Source: Wickerhamiella versatilis (Eukaryota). From it: DNA of 64,000 nt. This document shows, in pieces, positions 20,593 through 31,202 of the stretch. The notes under the pieces were generated by a model, which was not told the origin of the DNA, made no database searches, and was given only the letters and a program-made list of their open reading frames with translations. Each line of letters starts with the position of its first letter. Position 1 is the stretch's first letter. Position numbers and translations under genes: made by a program. The stretch is from the NCBI GenBank assembly GCA_030867685.1, contig JAQOWU010000007.1:868001-932000 (forward strand). Direction: 5' to 3'.

Positions 20593-21830
20593 AGAAATTC
20601 TAGACCCACGCCAAACTGGATACCTTTATGTGCACCTTCTCCCTGATGTAAAACCAGGGGCATTGCTAAGTTCAACTCAAATCTAACATCAGGGCGTGCA
20701 TAGACTATGCCAAATCCAGACGATGCAGACGGGGTCAACCCACCCAAGGTGCCTGCGTTGCAAAACCCATGCAGCTTCAAGGCATCGCTCTTGACCCGCG
20801 GGAGAGGTCCATATATACTAAGACCTGCTGAGAGTAGCGAGTTGCCACCAATGAAGTCCTGAAGGTCCTGGGGACCCAGGCAGTTCAGGCGGAAACCGCG
20901 AATATCTAGAGGGCCCCCCAACGTGAACCTATCCATGATATGGCTGCCCCGCTTGCTCAAGGGATACAAGATCCCTGCCTGGGCGCTGGATGTTGCTGTG
21001 ATATTTTTGAATAGGCGGAATCCTCGATGGAACCAGCCCTGTGTCTTGAGATACGGATGGTCGCCCGCGACCGCCTCAGAATGAAACCGTAAGATACTAC
21101 CGGCAGTGGGTAATAAGTTATGGTTACGTGTGTCCCATACAGTCCAATTGTGGAAAGCACTGAGTTTGAAGGCATGACCTGCGAACTGTCTCACGGAATC
21201 AGATGGCCGTAACTTCGTGGCATATAAGGAGCGCAGCACTGCATCCATACCGAAAGAATAATGGGAGTGAACCATGCGCATGGTAACCCCCCTCACCTGG
21301 GCTTGATGCGAAGCCCAATCAACCACTTTTTCAGAGGCGTAGCCAAGAAGTTCCGCCTTCCACCCAAGAAGCACCGGCACCGACATGTCCAAAAGATGAG
21401 ACGACCTGGTACGTGTTCCAATACTAGTATCCACATTAACGGTTTCTGCCCACCCCAGCACGTTTCGGACAGTGCCACGGAAATAGCCGGATCCTTCGCT
21501 GTTACCAAAACTGGTTCCTGTACGAGCAACAAATCTTTTGGCTGCAGGGAGGCCTATGTGGACAACCATATTATTATCCAGCGCCAAAGATACATCAGAA
21601 AATACCCCCGTTGCCATAAGACCCGCCTGACACCGGTCCGAGGCATCCACAAGCTCCTCCACGGTTGATGCAGCAAGTAACGGTTGAATATGCCTCTTCA
21701 GAACCCAGTTGGCCGTCTTATTCACTCCTGACCCCTCTAAATCTACACCTTGGACCTGCAAACTGTCACGGTCGCCAGCGATCCGCCGTAAGGACTCACC
21801 CAAAGAGGCAAGGGCGGCCTCTCGATCCAT
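20589..21830 (-). CDS. SAM50: mitochondrial SAM complex beta-barrel (Omp85 family)
   Basis: RNVLGWAET, DRFTLGGPLDIRGF, RFELNLAMPL, C-terminal GIQFGVGLEFL. Confidence 0.92.
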   Translation of the reverse strand: MDREAALASLGESLRRIAGDRDSLQVQGVDLEGSGVNKTANWVLKRHIQPLLAASTVEELVDASDRCQAGLMATGVFSDVSLALDNNMVVHIGLPAAKRFVARTGTSFGNSEGSGYFRGTVRNVLGWAETVNVDTSIGTRTRSSHLLDMSVPVLLGWKAELLGYASEKVVDWASHQAQVRGVTMRMVHSHYSFGMDAVLRSLYATKLRPSDSVRQFAGHAFKLSAFHNWTVWDTRNHNLLPTAGSILRFHSEAVAGDHPYLKTQGWFHRGFRLFKNITATSSAQAGILYPLSKRGSHIMDRFTLGGPLDIRGFRLNCLGPQDLQDFIGGNSLLSAGLSIYGPLPRVKSDALKLHGFCNAGTLGGLTPSASSGFGIVYARPDVRFELNLAMPLVLHQGEGAHKGIQFGVGLEFL

Positions 21831-22996
21831 TTGTGACCGTTAGTCAAATAGTGACTCTTATTCAAGGAAACATTAAAAAAAATTTTCGAAAATATGTTTC
21901 CTGTAAATCCAAGAAAAACGCACTAAATCATTTGGGGCGGGCTGCTCTTGCTCCAGAAAGCTTGTTTAGGGATGAATTGCATTGGCCTTTATCACGCTTA
22001 GGTTTTGTCTTAATTTGTATTAATAATATACGCTTATTAGTGTTAAATAGCTAATAGCTGAATTAGCTTTCGGAGAGATGTCTTTCCCGGTTGGGCTAGG
22101 ATCTTCCAAATGTTGACGTAGATTAAATTTACCTTAACTGGTAGGGTAAGGAAATCTCGGATGAGTTCCGGCATCTTCGCGAGGCTCAAGTTAGAAAACA
22201 TTAAACGTAATACCAACGCAGAAAAACCCCAGGATCCTCAATATGGTAGTATGTCTGCCATTTGGAGCTCCTGGTTACCACAAACCTCAATCTGGATTCT
22301 GATTAAGGTATTCCTGCAGAATGAGAATTTATCTCCTAAATTTTTTTAGATGCACGATGCCCCAAACACGAACAGGAAAATTTTTATTATTATACCGTTC
22401 TACTAGTAATTTTATTATCTAACTTTCTTAACCTTTGGATATTATCTTCAGCAGGGCGTTTCTACTGTCTATCATGATCGGATTGAAATGTAACCTAACC
22501 CGGGTAGTGAAAACTGTTAACTCCGAACTGTGCATCACAAATCTTAAGGAGGGGCTAAAGAGTCTTTAGAGACTTCCATTACACCAATTCACATAGTATT
22601 GGTAAATTTAAGCCCCCTTTTGAAAAGAAGAACTACGCCACCATGCTATACCAGGCACAACCCCCGGCACACGCAAAGCCTATCACATAATAATAACCTC
22701 CTAAAATGACCAGGGTTACTTCTTGGCATATGAGCGGAAGTTTCAGTATATACCTCCATTCCCTTATAAAAATAAAACAAAGGTTATATGTATGTAGAAT
22801 ATTTGGTATATCACACTTTCTTGTGGCTAAATATCACTGATCGACGTTTTGCGCTACAAATTCGTTAATACGAGAACCTGCAGCCCAAGCCTCCGCAAAC
22901 GCAGCAGTGGTTAGATATACCCTAATATTACTATACCCTACCCCTAAATCTAGGTTTTTGTTCACAGTCCCATCCTGTTGATCTTGTCATCTAGCC

Positions 22997-23758
22997 ATGT
23001 ACTCATACTTTGGATTCTGTCCGACTCAAAAGGACAGCCTCATACTCTTTGAGGCAGCACGGCGGGGTTTGATCCCTACCGTAAAGGAAAGACTTTCCGA
23101 CAAGGAGCGAATGCAAATCCAGAGCGGTGCCGTGTACATTTGGAGTGAGAGCGATTCCGGCATCAAACGTTGGACTGATGGGCTCTCATGGTCAAACTCG
23201 AGGGTGGCTGGTCCGTTTTTGGAATACCGACAACTTGAATCGCGTCCGCAGGACCAAGGCGTCAACTCAAGCTCAGGCTACCAAATAAAAAATTTCGGAC
23301 TCTGCAAACGTACTATATGCAGACAACTGGATGGAGAAACTACAAAGATTCACTTAACTAACTATTACACGAAGGGGGATGTGCGCGCCGGTCGTCTGCA
23401 GGTTCCCTCCCAGGACCCCCGATTCACTTCAATAATGGCCGAAATCGAGCGGCAGGAGCCTAGTCCGGAGCCCCAGGTTCAGGATAAGATCCATCCAATC
23501 CCGCTAGTTTTCACACACCACCAGGCAATGGCCTCCCGTAATAACACAATAACGCCTCCTCAGAGCACTGGAATAGCAGCAGTTAAGAGTATTCCAAGTC
23601 CCATGATGGGCAATTTCTCCCCTCCAGCAAACTGTTTCAGCCAGCCGCTACCTTCAGAATTACCTGAGCCACATCCTTTAATGCGTGCAGAACGAACGCC
23701 CGAAGACAAAATGATCCTCAGTCGCTTAGATCGTGCCTCCTTCTCATGCTCTATTTAA
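22997..23758 (+). CDS. Gti1/Pac2 (WOPR) family transcription regulator
   Basis: DSLILFEAARRGLIP...RLSDKER..IQSGAVYIW.E..SGIKRWTDGLSWSNSRV.G.FL.YR. Confidence 0.9.
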   Translation: MYSYFGFCPTQKDSLILFEAARRGLIPTVKERLSDKERMQIQSGAVYIWSESDSGIKRWTDGLSWSNSRVAGPFLEYRQLESRPQDQGVNSSSGYQIKNFGLCKRTICRQLDGETTKIHLTNYYTKGDVRAGRLQVPSQDPRFTSIMAEIERQEPSPEPQVQDKIHPIPLVFTHHQAMASRNNTITPPQSTGIAAVKSIPSPMMGNFSPPANCFSQPLPSELPEPHPLMRAERTPEDKMILSRLDRASFSCSI

Positions 23759-24569
23759 TATTACCGTTTCTTGCGAAATAAGTCCTAGTTTATTTTTTAC
23801 TGTTAACCTGAATCAATGGATATGAATGTGAAAATAAAGTGACCCAACAATGTAAGACAAACGCAGCTGATAGGCTTCTTTCTGGATTAATGTTGCGCTA
23901 TGTTTAAATAATCAAATGCAAGCTTGTTAATGTACTTCCTAACGTTGATCGTTTGAGAGTCCTGGCAGCACCAGGGATATTTTTTAAAATGATGGTGTTT
24001 TTTTTCGTTTCGTTCTATGGTTCATCAATGAATAGGATAGGAGGAAGAGTTGACAGGTAATCTTTAACCTAATTACACTATTACACATGTCTCCCATATT
24101 AAATTAGGTGACTCAAAGGCTGTCTCGTAAAAATAAGGTTCCGAAATTATTGGTGAAACGGTGTGGAGCACTTCGTAGGTGTCTCACCTCTTTCCTCTTG
24201 CACGACGTGCTTGTTCGATAATTAACTCGATGACTAAATGCCTCATGGCGTGTGTCTATCATTACGGGCCAACTGACCCGGTCCTTTAGGGCTAGCAGAG
24301 ACGTTGAATAGGCATGTTACTGTATACATAGTGTTAGTTTTGTGGCCACCTTTGGTTCAGAATTTCCCAATGTTGCGGGGTTGGTTACTGAAACCGGTTG
24401 CGGCCAAGGAGCCAGGCGACCACCGTCATAAGTTCGGTACACTTCAGAATTGGCATTTACAGTTTGACAGATTAAATTTTTTTGAAAAAAAAGTTGGATA
24501 TTCACTGAGCTCATCAAACAAGTCTCACTTCTAAAACCCAAAACCTACCACCCAGCGCGTGGCGAACAA

Positions 24570-26069
24570 ATGGAGCAAACGCATTGGGTAGCTCCTCTAG
24601 GATTAAAGGATGGATGGTACAGTTCACGTGAGCCTGTAACTCCTCCTGGAAATTCACAAGCTTCCCCTATGGTGCCATTCCCTGCGCCACCTAGGCCCAC
24701 AACCCCCTTAGGTGGTTCGTCACAGAGTCACCAAGTTTTGACAACGCCTGTGGCTGGCGTAAAAAGAAATGTAGCATCTTCACCAGGAAATACTGCACAC
24801 ACACTGAGTCCCTCAGGAACTCCTGGTCTCACTCCTATTCCCCTCTCAATGGCTTATCGTAGCCATTCCCGCAGTTACAGCTATTCCCCTCAAAGTGCAT
24901 CTACAGCATCTCGGCATTTATTTAAACTTTCTTTGGATACTACACCCAGGCCGCGGGCCTATAGCAGCGGACTTTACGATCTAGTTGAATGGGGGCCAAT
25001 CACGCCCCCTGTACAACGGCACATTCCTACTAAGGGTGTTCAACCAGCAGGAATTGGCTCACCTCCTTCAGCAAATGTCTGGTCAACCACAAGTTCAGAT
25101 CGCCGCCAATTGAGTGATGCAGACCTCGGCTCACCGCCCCAAATACTGGCCCTCTGTAAGGACCAGCGGGGATGTCGGTTCCTGCAGCGTCGTCTCAGTG
25201 AGGGAGACTCCCATGTTGTCGAGCGCATTTTTGATTCGACGCTAGGACATATGATACAGCTGATGGTTGATCCTTTCGCAAACTACTTCTGTCAAAGGCT
25301 GGTGGAAAGATGTACCGAGGACCAGATAACAACCATTGTGCGTCAAGTATCTCCGGAACTTGTCTCTATTGCTTTAAATCCTCACGGTACTCGGGCGCTA
25401 CAGCGACTCATCGAAAGATTGACCACTGACGACCAGGTCCGGATCGTGACGAATGCGCTGAATGGCTCTGTTGTCAGGCTCATCCGTGACTTGAATGGAA
25501 ACCATGTGGTACAAAAACTGCTGCTCACTATAGATATTCCAGGGGTCCAGTTCATATACGATGCGGTGTGCGAGGCTATCGTGGAAATTGGAGGGCATCG
25601 TCATGGATGTTGCGTCCTTCAGCGCTGCCTGGATTATGCACTTCCAGCAAATAAGCATCGTTTGGTCACGCGGGTCATTGAGCAAAGCTATGCTCTTGTG
25701 GGTGATCCGTATGGAAATTATGTCTGTCAATACGTGCTCGACCTCGGAGCACCAGAATATACCCACGCTCTCATCGACAGCTTCTTAGGGCATATTGAAA
25801 AACTCAGCCTTCAGAAATTCAGCTCGAATGTTGTTGAAAAATGTTTGAAACTGGCAGAGGAGGATCAGATGGCTAGGATTGTAAGTGAACTGCTTCAGCC
25901 CACCACCCTTAACAGGTTGCTCCTGGACAACTATGGAAACTATGTTATTCAAACTGCCCTTGAGAATGCGCGCGGTGATAACTACACGCTGCTTGGAGAC
26001 GCTGTGTTCAAAGCGCTTGCTACTATTCGAAGTCCTTATGGAAGATGTATCATGGCTAAACTTCGTTAG
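24570..26069 (+). CDS. Pumilio/PUF RNA-binding protein (Puf4/Puf5 type)
   Basis: Eight Puf repeats: CKDQRGCRFLQ, DPFANYFCQR, NPHGTRALQ, DLNGNHVVQ, HRHGCCVLQ, DPYGNYVCQ, QKFSSNVVE, DNYGNYVIQ. Confidence 0.92.
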   Translation: MEQTHWVAPLGLKDGWYSSREPVTPPGNSQASPMVPFPAPPRPTTPLGGSSQSHQVLTTPVAGVKRNVASSPGNTAHTLSPSGTPGLTPIPLSMAYRSHSRSYSYSPQSASTASRHLFKLSLDTTPRPRAYSSGLYDLVEWGPITPPVQRHIPTKGVQPAGIGSPPSANVWSTTSSDRRQLSDADLGSPPQILALCKDQRGCRFLQRRLSEGDSHVVERIFDSTLGHMIQLMVDPFANYFCQRLVERCTEDQITTIVRQVSPELVSIALNPHGTRALQRLIERLTTDDQVRIVTNALNGSVVRLIRDLNGNHVVQKLLLTIDIPGVQFIYDAVCEAIVEIGGHRHGCCVLQRCLDYALPANKHRLVTRVIEQSYALVGDPYGNYVCQYVLDLGAPEYTHALIDSFLGHIEKLSLQKFSSNVVEKCLKLAEEDQMARIVSELLQPTTLNRLLLDNYGNYVIQTALENARGDNYTLLGDAVFKALATIRSPYGRCIMAKLR

Positions 26070-26280
26070 CGTGTCGTGTAAAGTTTACTGACAAATTAAC
26101 ATTGTGGACCTGCTGGCGGTGTCCCCTATATAACTATGAAGATAAGACCTATGTAAAAGACACTCTTTAAATATTTCACATATCTATATTATATTTTATT
26201 TATTTACAGGCGTGGCAAGGAGGGGAGAATATCATGGGAAATCAAAAGAGTTGGCAAAGACCAGCTTATCCAACCGCCAG

Positions 26281-27792
26281 CTAATTATTTTTGACCTTCT
26301 CAGTCTCTTCCTTATCTCTCTTCTGCCGCTTTTGTGTCCCTTCAGCCTTATGGCCAGCATCTGAGGCGGTCTGCTTCACGGCTTTTGCCTTGGTCATCGG
26401 GCCCCAATCTTTTCGCGGATTCATAGGAAATCGTACAATCTTTGACTTCCTAAAGTTTTCAACATTTGAAGCGGCATCATTGTGGTCAAAAGACACCTCA
26501 GATTCCTGTGGCTGAGCAAGTATTCTCGCACCTGGTGAGTCCGGAAGCTCGCGAGTTGAACGGTTGACCTTGGCCCATGCACGCATGATATCCCACAAAA
26601 AGGCAGGAGGGGCATCAGTTTTGACACAACCGGCCTTCGCGTGAGTCAGGGATGCCTTGTATCCTCCATTGAATATTGCATTCATGAAGTTTTTCATGGA
26701 CGGAACAGGAGATCTCACGATACTAGCCATCGCATTAGGATTGACGTAGAATGGAGTTTCGGGCAATTCCTGGTTTACAAGCGCGAGCATGCCCTCCATC
26801 CTAGGTTTTGTTTCGTAAACCGATGGGTCAAGGTCACCTACTATGTTGATCATCTCTTTGACAAAGTCGGTGTCATGTAACTTTCCTGCCCACATAGGCC
26901 CCGCTAAATGATGTGTGGACTTGCAATATGCACAATGTGGTCCAATTAAGGGCCCTTTAGCATATGCAAACTTATGAGCATGTTTATGACCCTCTGGATT
27001 AGGCTTAACCAGCCCCAAAGGTTGAAGATGTGTCGCGTGACACCCGGAACAGCACCATATGATCATCTGCTTATCCATGTTATGCTTCACAGATATGGGG
27101 CTTGAGCGGACTCGCACAAAGCAGCGGACATAATAGTCAACAGAAAGGCTCAGAAGGGGCTCTATACATTTTCCATAGCGAGCTGCTGTCTGGCATAGCA
27201 TGTATAATACTAACCTCAGTGCAGACTCATGGACAGCATCATTTCTCGCAGTTAGGCCTCCGTATGCAGCCAGGCACTTTTCGGGGTACCCAGCACCTGC
27301 CAGCACTCCGAGATCTGTGCATGTAACCAAAAGAAGCCCGCCATCTGCCACTGCCTGCACGGCCGCATCGGCAAATGGTGCTGCCCCTCCATAAGGATCT
27401 ATATCTATGAAATGGAGAGGATGGCCACGCAAGCTATACAAGGACTGAGCCGCTTCGCCCTTTTTGGGTGTGATTTTATCAGAAACGCCATTGTGTTCAG
27501 CATTACGAACTATGGCCGTTACAGCCTCACCGATCATATCATTTGCTATCACTGACTTTACTTGAGGTATTTCAGTAGCATATCGGCATGCTCTTAGCCC
27601 AGATGCAGCCAAAGCATCTATTCCAGTGATCCAGGGATCAGAGCGATCACGACGAGATAGCGCAGCCCACGCCCGGATCGCAGCAACACTGAAATCTCGA
27701 TTTAACTGCTGGATAGGGTTATAAAATACTTCTCCCTTTGGAACGAGAATCGTTGCCTTTCCCTCGGTAATGGCTGCCAAGTTCTTGGCCAT
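26281..27792 (-). CDS. TRM1: tRNA (guanine-26 N2,N2)-dimethyltransferase
   Basis: VFYNPIQQLNRDFS, ALAASGLRACRY, IDIDPYG, GGLLLVTCTD, EPLLSLSVDYYVRCFV; first ATG at 27792. Confidence 0.95.
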   Translation of the reverse strand: MAKNLAAITEGKATILVPKGEVFYNPIQQLNRDFSVAAIRAWAALSRRDRSDPWITGIDALAASGLRACRYATEIPQVKSVIANDMIGEAVTAIVRNAEHNGVSDKITPKKGEAAQSLYSLRGHPLHFIDIDPYGGAAPFADAAVQAVADGGLLLVTCTDLGVLAGAGYPEKCLAAYGGLTARNDAVHESALRLVLYMLCQTAARYGKCIEPLLSLSVDYYVRCFVRVRSSPISVKHNMDKQMIIWCCSGCHATHLQPLGLVKPNPEGHKHAHKFAYAKGPLIGPHCAYCKSTHHLAGPMWAGKLHDTDFVKEMINIVGDLDPSVYETKPRMEGMLALVNQELPETPFYVNPNAMASIVRSPVPSMKNFMNAIFNGGYKASLTHAKAGCVKTDAPPAFLWDIMRAWAKVNRSTRELPDSPGARILAQPQESEVSFDHNDAASNVENFRKSKIVRFPMNPRKDWGPMTKAKAVKQTASDAGHKAEGTQKRQKRDKEETEKVKNN

Positions 27793-28133
27793 TTCTCGAA
27801 ACACTAACCTGCTAATTTTCAGGGTTAGGTGTTTGTGCTTCTCTTCGGCTAACCTTTCGGTCAATGATATATGAAATGGGGAATTTTTTACAGATCGGGG
27901 ACAAAAGGCGGTCGAGTGCTCATGGGGGAAGTTTCTTTTATCGATAATTGACACATATAACCTTGGTTGCAAAGCCCAGCTACTCGCCAGATGCAACCCT
28001 GTATTGACTCACATGAATTCTACTTTTTCTTGATTTAAGCTTAGCAGTTTACCAACTATCTGGAGATATCAAATATATTTCTGGGAACAAAATCCTCGGG
28101 TTACATATTTACAACGTAAGCCACGACCCCGTC

Positions 28134-28406
28134 ATGTCCAGTCGGGATGGCGGCGGTGAACTTGAACTGCTACGGGAATTAAACTACGAGTCAGAGTTCG
28201 CTCATGCAGCTGAATACGACGAGAGCCTTGACTCGAGTGATGCACAGCAGCACTGGGATGAGAGCCTGAGGCAGCTAGAGCATGCTGTATTTTTTGTTTT
28301 ATGTCCCCTCATTGGTCGGGTAATAGGTAGACGGGCGGCTCACAAACTATGGATGAGGTTTGTAAACTACCGATTTTCTCGCTATGCACAAAATTTCATC
28401 GAGTAA
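28134..28406 (+). CDS. MIM2: mitochondrial outer membrane import protein Mim2
   Basis: Acidic N-terminus followed by DAQQHWDESLRQL...VLCPLIGRVIGRRAA..LW. Confidence 0.78.
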   Translation: MSSRDGGGELELLRELNYESEFAHAAEYDESLDSSDAQQHWDESLRQLEHAVFFVLCPLIGRVIGRRAAHKLWMRFVNYRFSRYAQNFIE

Positions 28407-28449
28407 AGACTTTATTACTCTCACGTCTTTACATATTACATAACACATA

Positions 28450-28926
28450 ATGGTAGCTGTGGCCTTTGTGTGTCTGGGAAATATTTGCCGGTCTCCCATG
28501 GCAGAAGCAGTATTTCGGGATGTCGTTGCAAAATCAAATTTATTGGATGACATTAAAATAGACTCTTTCGGAACTGGAGCCTACCATGTTGGTGATAATC
28601 CAGATCATAGAAGTGCACGTACCTGTAGGAAGAATGGGGTCCCAGTCTCACACAAAGCGCAGCAAATATTCCCACACCATTTTACCAAGTTTGACTACAT
28701 ATGTGCCATGGATGAGAGCAACCTGTCGAACTTGCGTCGTCTTGCACCTCGCAATTCCACTGCTAAGGTGTCTTTATTTGGCGATTACCGGGTGAGTCCA
28801 GAATTCGAAAGAATCGTTGATGATCCCTACTATGGCGGAGATCGTGGTTTCGAACATAATTTTCTTCAGTGTCAAGACTTTGCCCGTGGATTGTTAAAAG
28901 TTATTAGAGAGGAACATCAGCTCTGA
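28450..28926 (+). CDS. LTP1: low molecular weight protein tyrosine phosphatase
   Basis: P-loop VCLGNICRSPMAE, DPYYGG. Confidence 0.96.
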   Translation: MVAVAFVCLGNICRSPMAEAVFRDVVAKSNLLDDIKIDSFGTGAYHVGDNPDHRSARTCRKNGVPVSHKAQQIFPHHFTKFDYICAMDESNLSNLRRLAPRNSTAKVSLFGDYRVSPEFERIVDDPYYGGDRGFEHNFLQCQDFARGLLKVIREEHQL

Positions 28927-29022
28927 TGCTGCTCGCACATAAATCTATTACCTTACTTTAAGCACAAAATTATCTAGATTTTAATAGAAATGTGCCTTAT
29001 TACATTTGTTTCTAGCATCCGA

Positions 29023-30861
29023 TTAGATTTCATCCTCCAAATACTGATATTCAAACTTGAAGTTTGTCTTTCGCCGTTGTAGCCAAGAACCCTCGAAATC
29101 AAAAAACCGGTAAGTGCCCTGCTCATATTCAGCATTAATGATTTTAGGATTCTCATATCTTTGAAACCAGGTAAGAAACCGTTTATGAAACCGCCAGCGA
29201 CGATGCTTGAGTTCTTTCGCTGCCAAATACTGCTGATGAGTTCCTTGGCGGTAGTAGAAAATATAAAAAAGTGTGTCTACATCCATCTTTGAGAAGACCT
29301 CTGGGTCCTCAAGTGTTGCAAGTACCTCACCAGGATAATAATCTGGAGTAGGATATGGAGACTCAGGATGGTAATACCGTGGCTGGTCGGCAAGCAAACT
29401 GTCTGGGCAATTAAGATAACTAGATTCGATCAACTTTGCAACTGTAAAAACTGGCGGTGGGTTCACAAGACGCTCTTTAGCAGTATCAAAGCAATGCACA
29501 AGATCCTGCAGCCCCACTGGGAGATCCCCAATATCAGGAGTCGACCCTTTCGACAATGCTGGCACTGCCGTTGCTGGTGCCACAGGTGTAGCCGTTGCGT
29601 TTATAGCTGTTGGAGTTGCCACTCTTGAGGGTGCTGTTGCCGCTGCTGCAGCTGCTGCTGGTACCGCTGCCGGTGGTACAGAAGCTGGCCTTGGCACTGA
29701 TGCTGGCATAGGTGTTGGTACTGAACTAGGAACCGGCCCTGAAGAAACAGAACCTATGGCAGGAGTATCCGACGGCGGAATCGAAGATGATGGCACTGAA
29801 AAAGGTGCGTGAGTGTATGCTGCTGCTGGCGCAGCAGCTGTCGATGCACTATGAGACGCTGCCGGAACTACTGGAGATGCTACCGATACAGGAGAAGATA
29901 CCAAAGATGCTGATGAGCCAGATGCTGCAGGTATTGGACCCGAAGGCTTCTTCTTTGGGGGTGGCAAGGGATTCAACCCAGCAGCAGGAGGTGAACTCTT
30001 TTTCTTAGGCTCAACTTCTTTTATCGAATCCAGTATTATAGGCTCTTTATCTTTGCCCTTCTCTTTACGGACCGCTTCTTTCTCAGCTTCTTTCGATAGA
30101 TCTTGAGCAAGATCCTCTAGAGTATAAGTGTCATCTCTTACAATCGTCTCCGTGGCATCTTCATCATCAGAAACTAAATTGAGATCTTCGTATATTGCCT
30201 CGTCCTCAGCAAAGTCTACCTCTTGGTTTGACTCCACATAGTACTGAATATCATCTTGAATATCCATTACCGACTCCGGGGCCAAAGTATCATTTTCAAT
30301 CATGTGTATCATTCGTTCCATCTGTTCAATATGCCACCTATGACGCTCCAAACTGTGATCTATTTCTGCAATGCGTTCAGAACGAGCAGAGTCTTTCTTA
30401 CTCTTTTTTGCGGAGCCTTGCAGGGAGTCGCTCTCCTGCTCAAAGTTTTCTATCTGAATTTCGAGCTCCTCAATCTGAGTCTGCAACCATTCGGTGCATT
30501 CAGTTTTCTCTTTAGCATGTGGATCGTCTTTCAACTGGCTGAGACCCTCACGGCTGAACGCTTTCGTTTTGACCTCCCGCTCTACGACTTTAAACCGCTC
30601 CATTTCATTTTCGATTAATCTTCGGTTTTCAGTGAGCTGCTTCTTATCTCTGATGTCGTTAGAGCTAAGCCAAGTCTTGATTTGATCCCGGAGCTTCTGC
30701 AACTTTTTTATTTCACGCTTCAGGTCTTGCTCTAGCTTCTCCTTCTGACTCTGATTAGATGCCATCTGTAGCTTGTCATAAATACCGTTGAATATTTGTA
30801 TACCCTCGGCAACGCGCTTGAAGACGCGCTCCATCTCTTGTTGGAGACGTCTTGCCGACAT
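29023..30861 (-). CDS. NOT5: CCR4-NOT subunit Not3/Not5
   Basis: N-terminal RRLQQEMERVFKRVAEG...KREIKKLQ; C-terminal NOT box DTLFYIFYY...WRFHKRFLTWFQR; convergent with LTP1 as NOT5 is in S. cerevisiae. Probably the single NOT3/5 gene. Confidence 0.9.
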   Translation of the reverse strand: MSARRLQQEMERVFKRVAEGIQIFNGIYDKLQMASNQSQKEKLEQDLKREIKKLQKLRDQIKTWLSSNDIRDKKQLTENRRLIENEMERFKVVEREVKTKAFSREGLSQLKDDPHAKEKTECTEWLQTQIEELEIQIENFEQESDSLQGSAKKSKKDSARSERIAEIDHSLERHRWHIEQMERMIHMIENDTLAPESVMDIQDDIQYYVESNQEVDFAEDEAIYEDLNLVSDDEDATETIVRDDTYTLEDLAQDLSKEAEKEAVRKEKGKDKEPIILDSIKEVEPKKKSSPPAAGLNPLPPPKKKPSGPIPAASGSSASLVSSPVSVASPVVPAASHSASTAAAPAAAYTHAPFSVPSSSIPPSDTPAIGSVSSGPVPSSVPTPMPASVPRPASVPPAAVPAAAAAAATAPSRVATPTAINATATPVAPATAVPALSKGSTPDIGDLPVGLQDLVHCFDTAKERLVNPPPVFTVAKLIESSYLNCPDSLLADQPRYYHPESPYPTPDYYPGEVLATLEDPEVFSKMDVDTLFYIFYYRQGTHQQYLAAKELKHRRWRFHKRFLTWFQRYENPKIINAEYEQGTYRFFDFEGSWLQRRKTNFKFEYQYLEDEI

Positions 30862-31194
30862 TATCCTGAAGGTGTTGAGTCAGTGCTTACTGGACCTCAT
30901 ATAGGAATCTATTTTCCTTAGCATAACACACTCTTCTGCTCCAGTTTTTTTCTATTCGTTTTTGCTAGTCCTAATTCTGCTTTATTTGACCGCTGAACAA
31001 AGTTTTAGCTTACTTGTGCAAAGATTCGAAATGAGTTCTTATTCCCAATCTCAACCTCAGATTAAATTTTCACAGCGAGGACTAAAAATCTTTCAAAACT
31101 AGCCTCGATTCATAAATTTCTCCAGTGGCCGTGATGGAGACTCCACAGTTAACCCCCATTTGTTCTGGATCGAGATGAATCAATTACCTAACAT

Positions 31195-31202
31195 TGACTC
31201 AT
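31195..31202. promoter_or_regulatory. Gcn4/AP-1-type site TGACTCAT overlapping the LYS2 start codon
   Basis: acatTGACTCATGgaa; a second TGAGTCA lies at 30876-30882 in the same divergent intergenic region. Confidence 0.45.
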
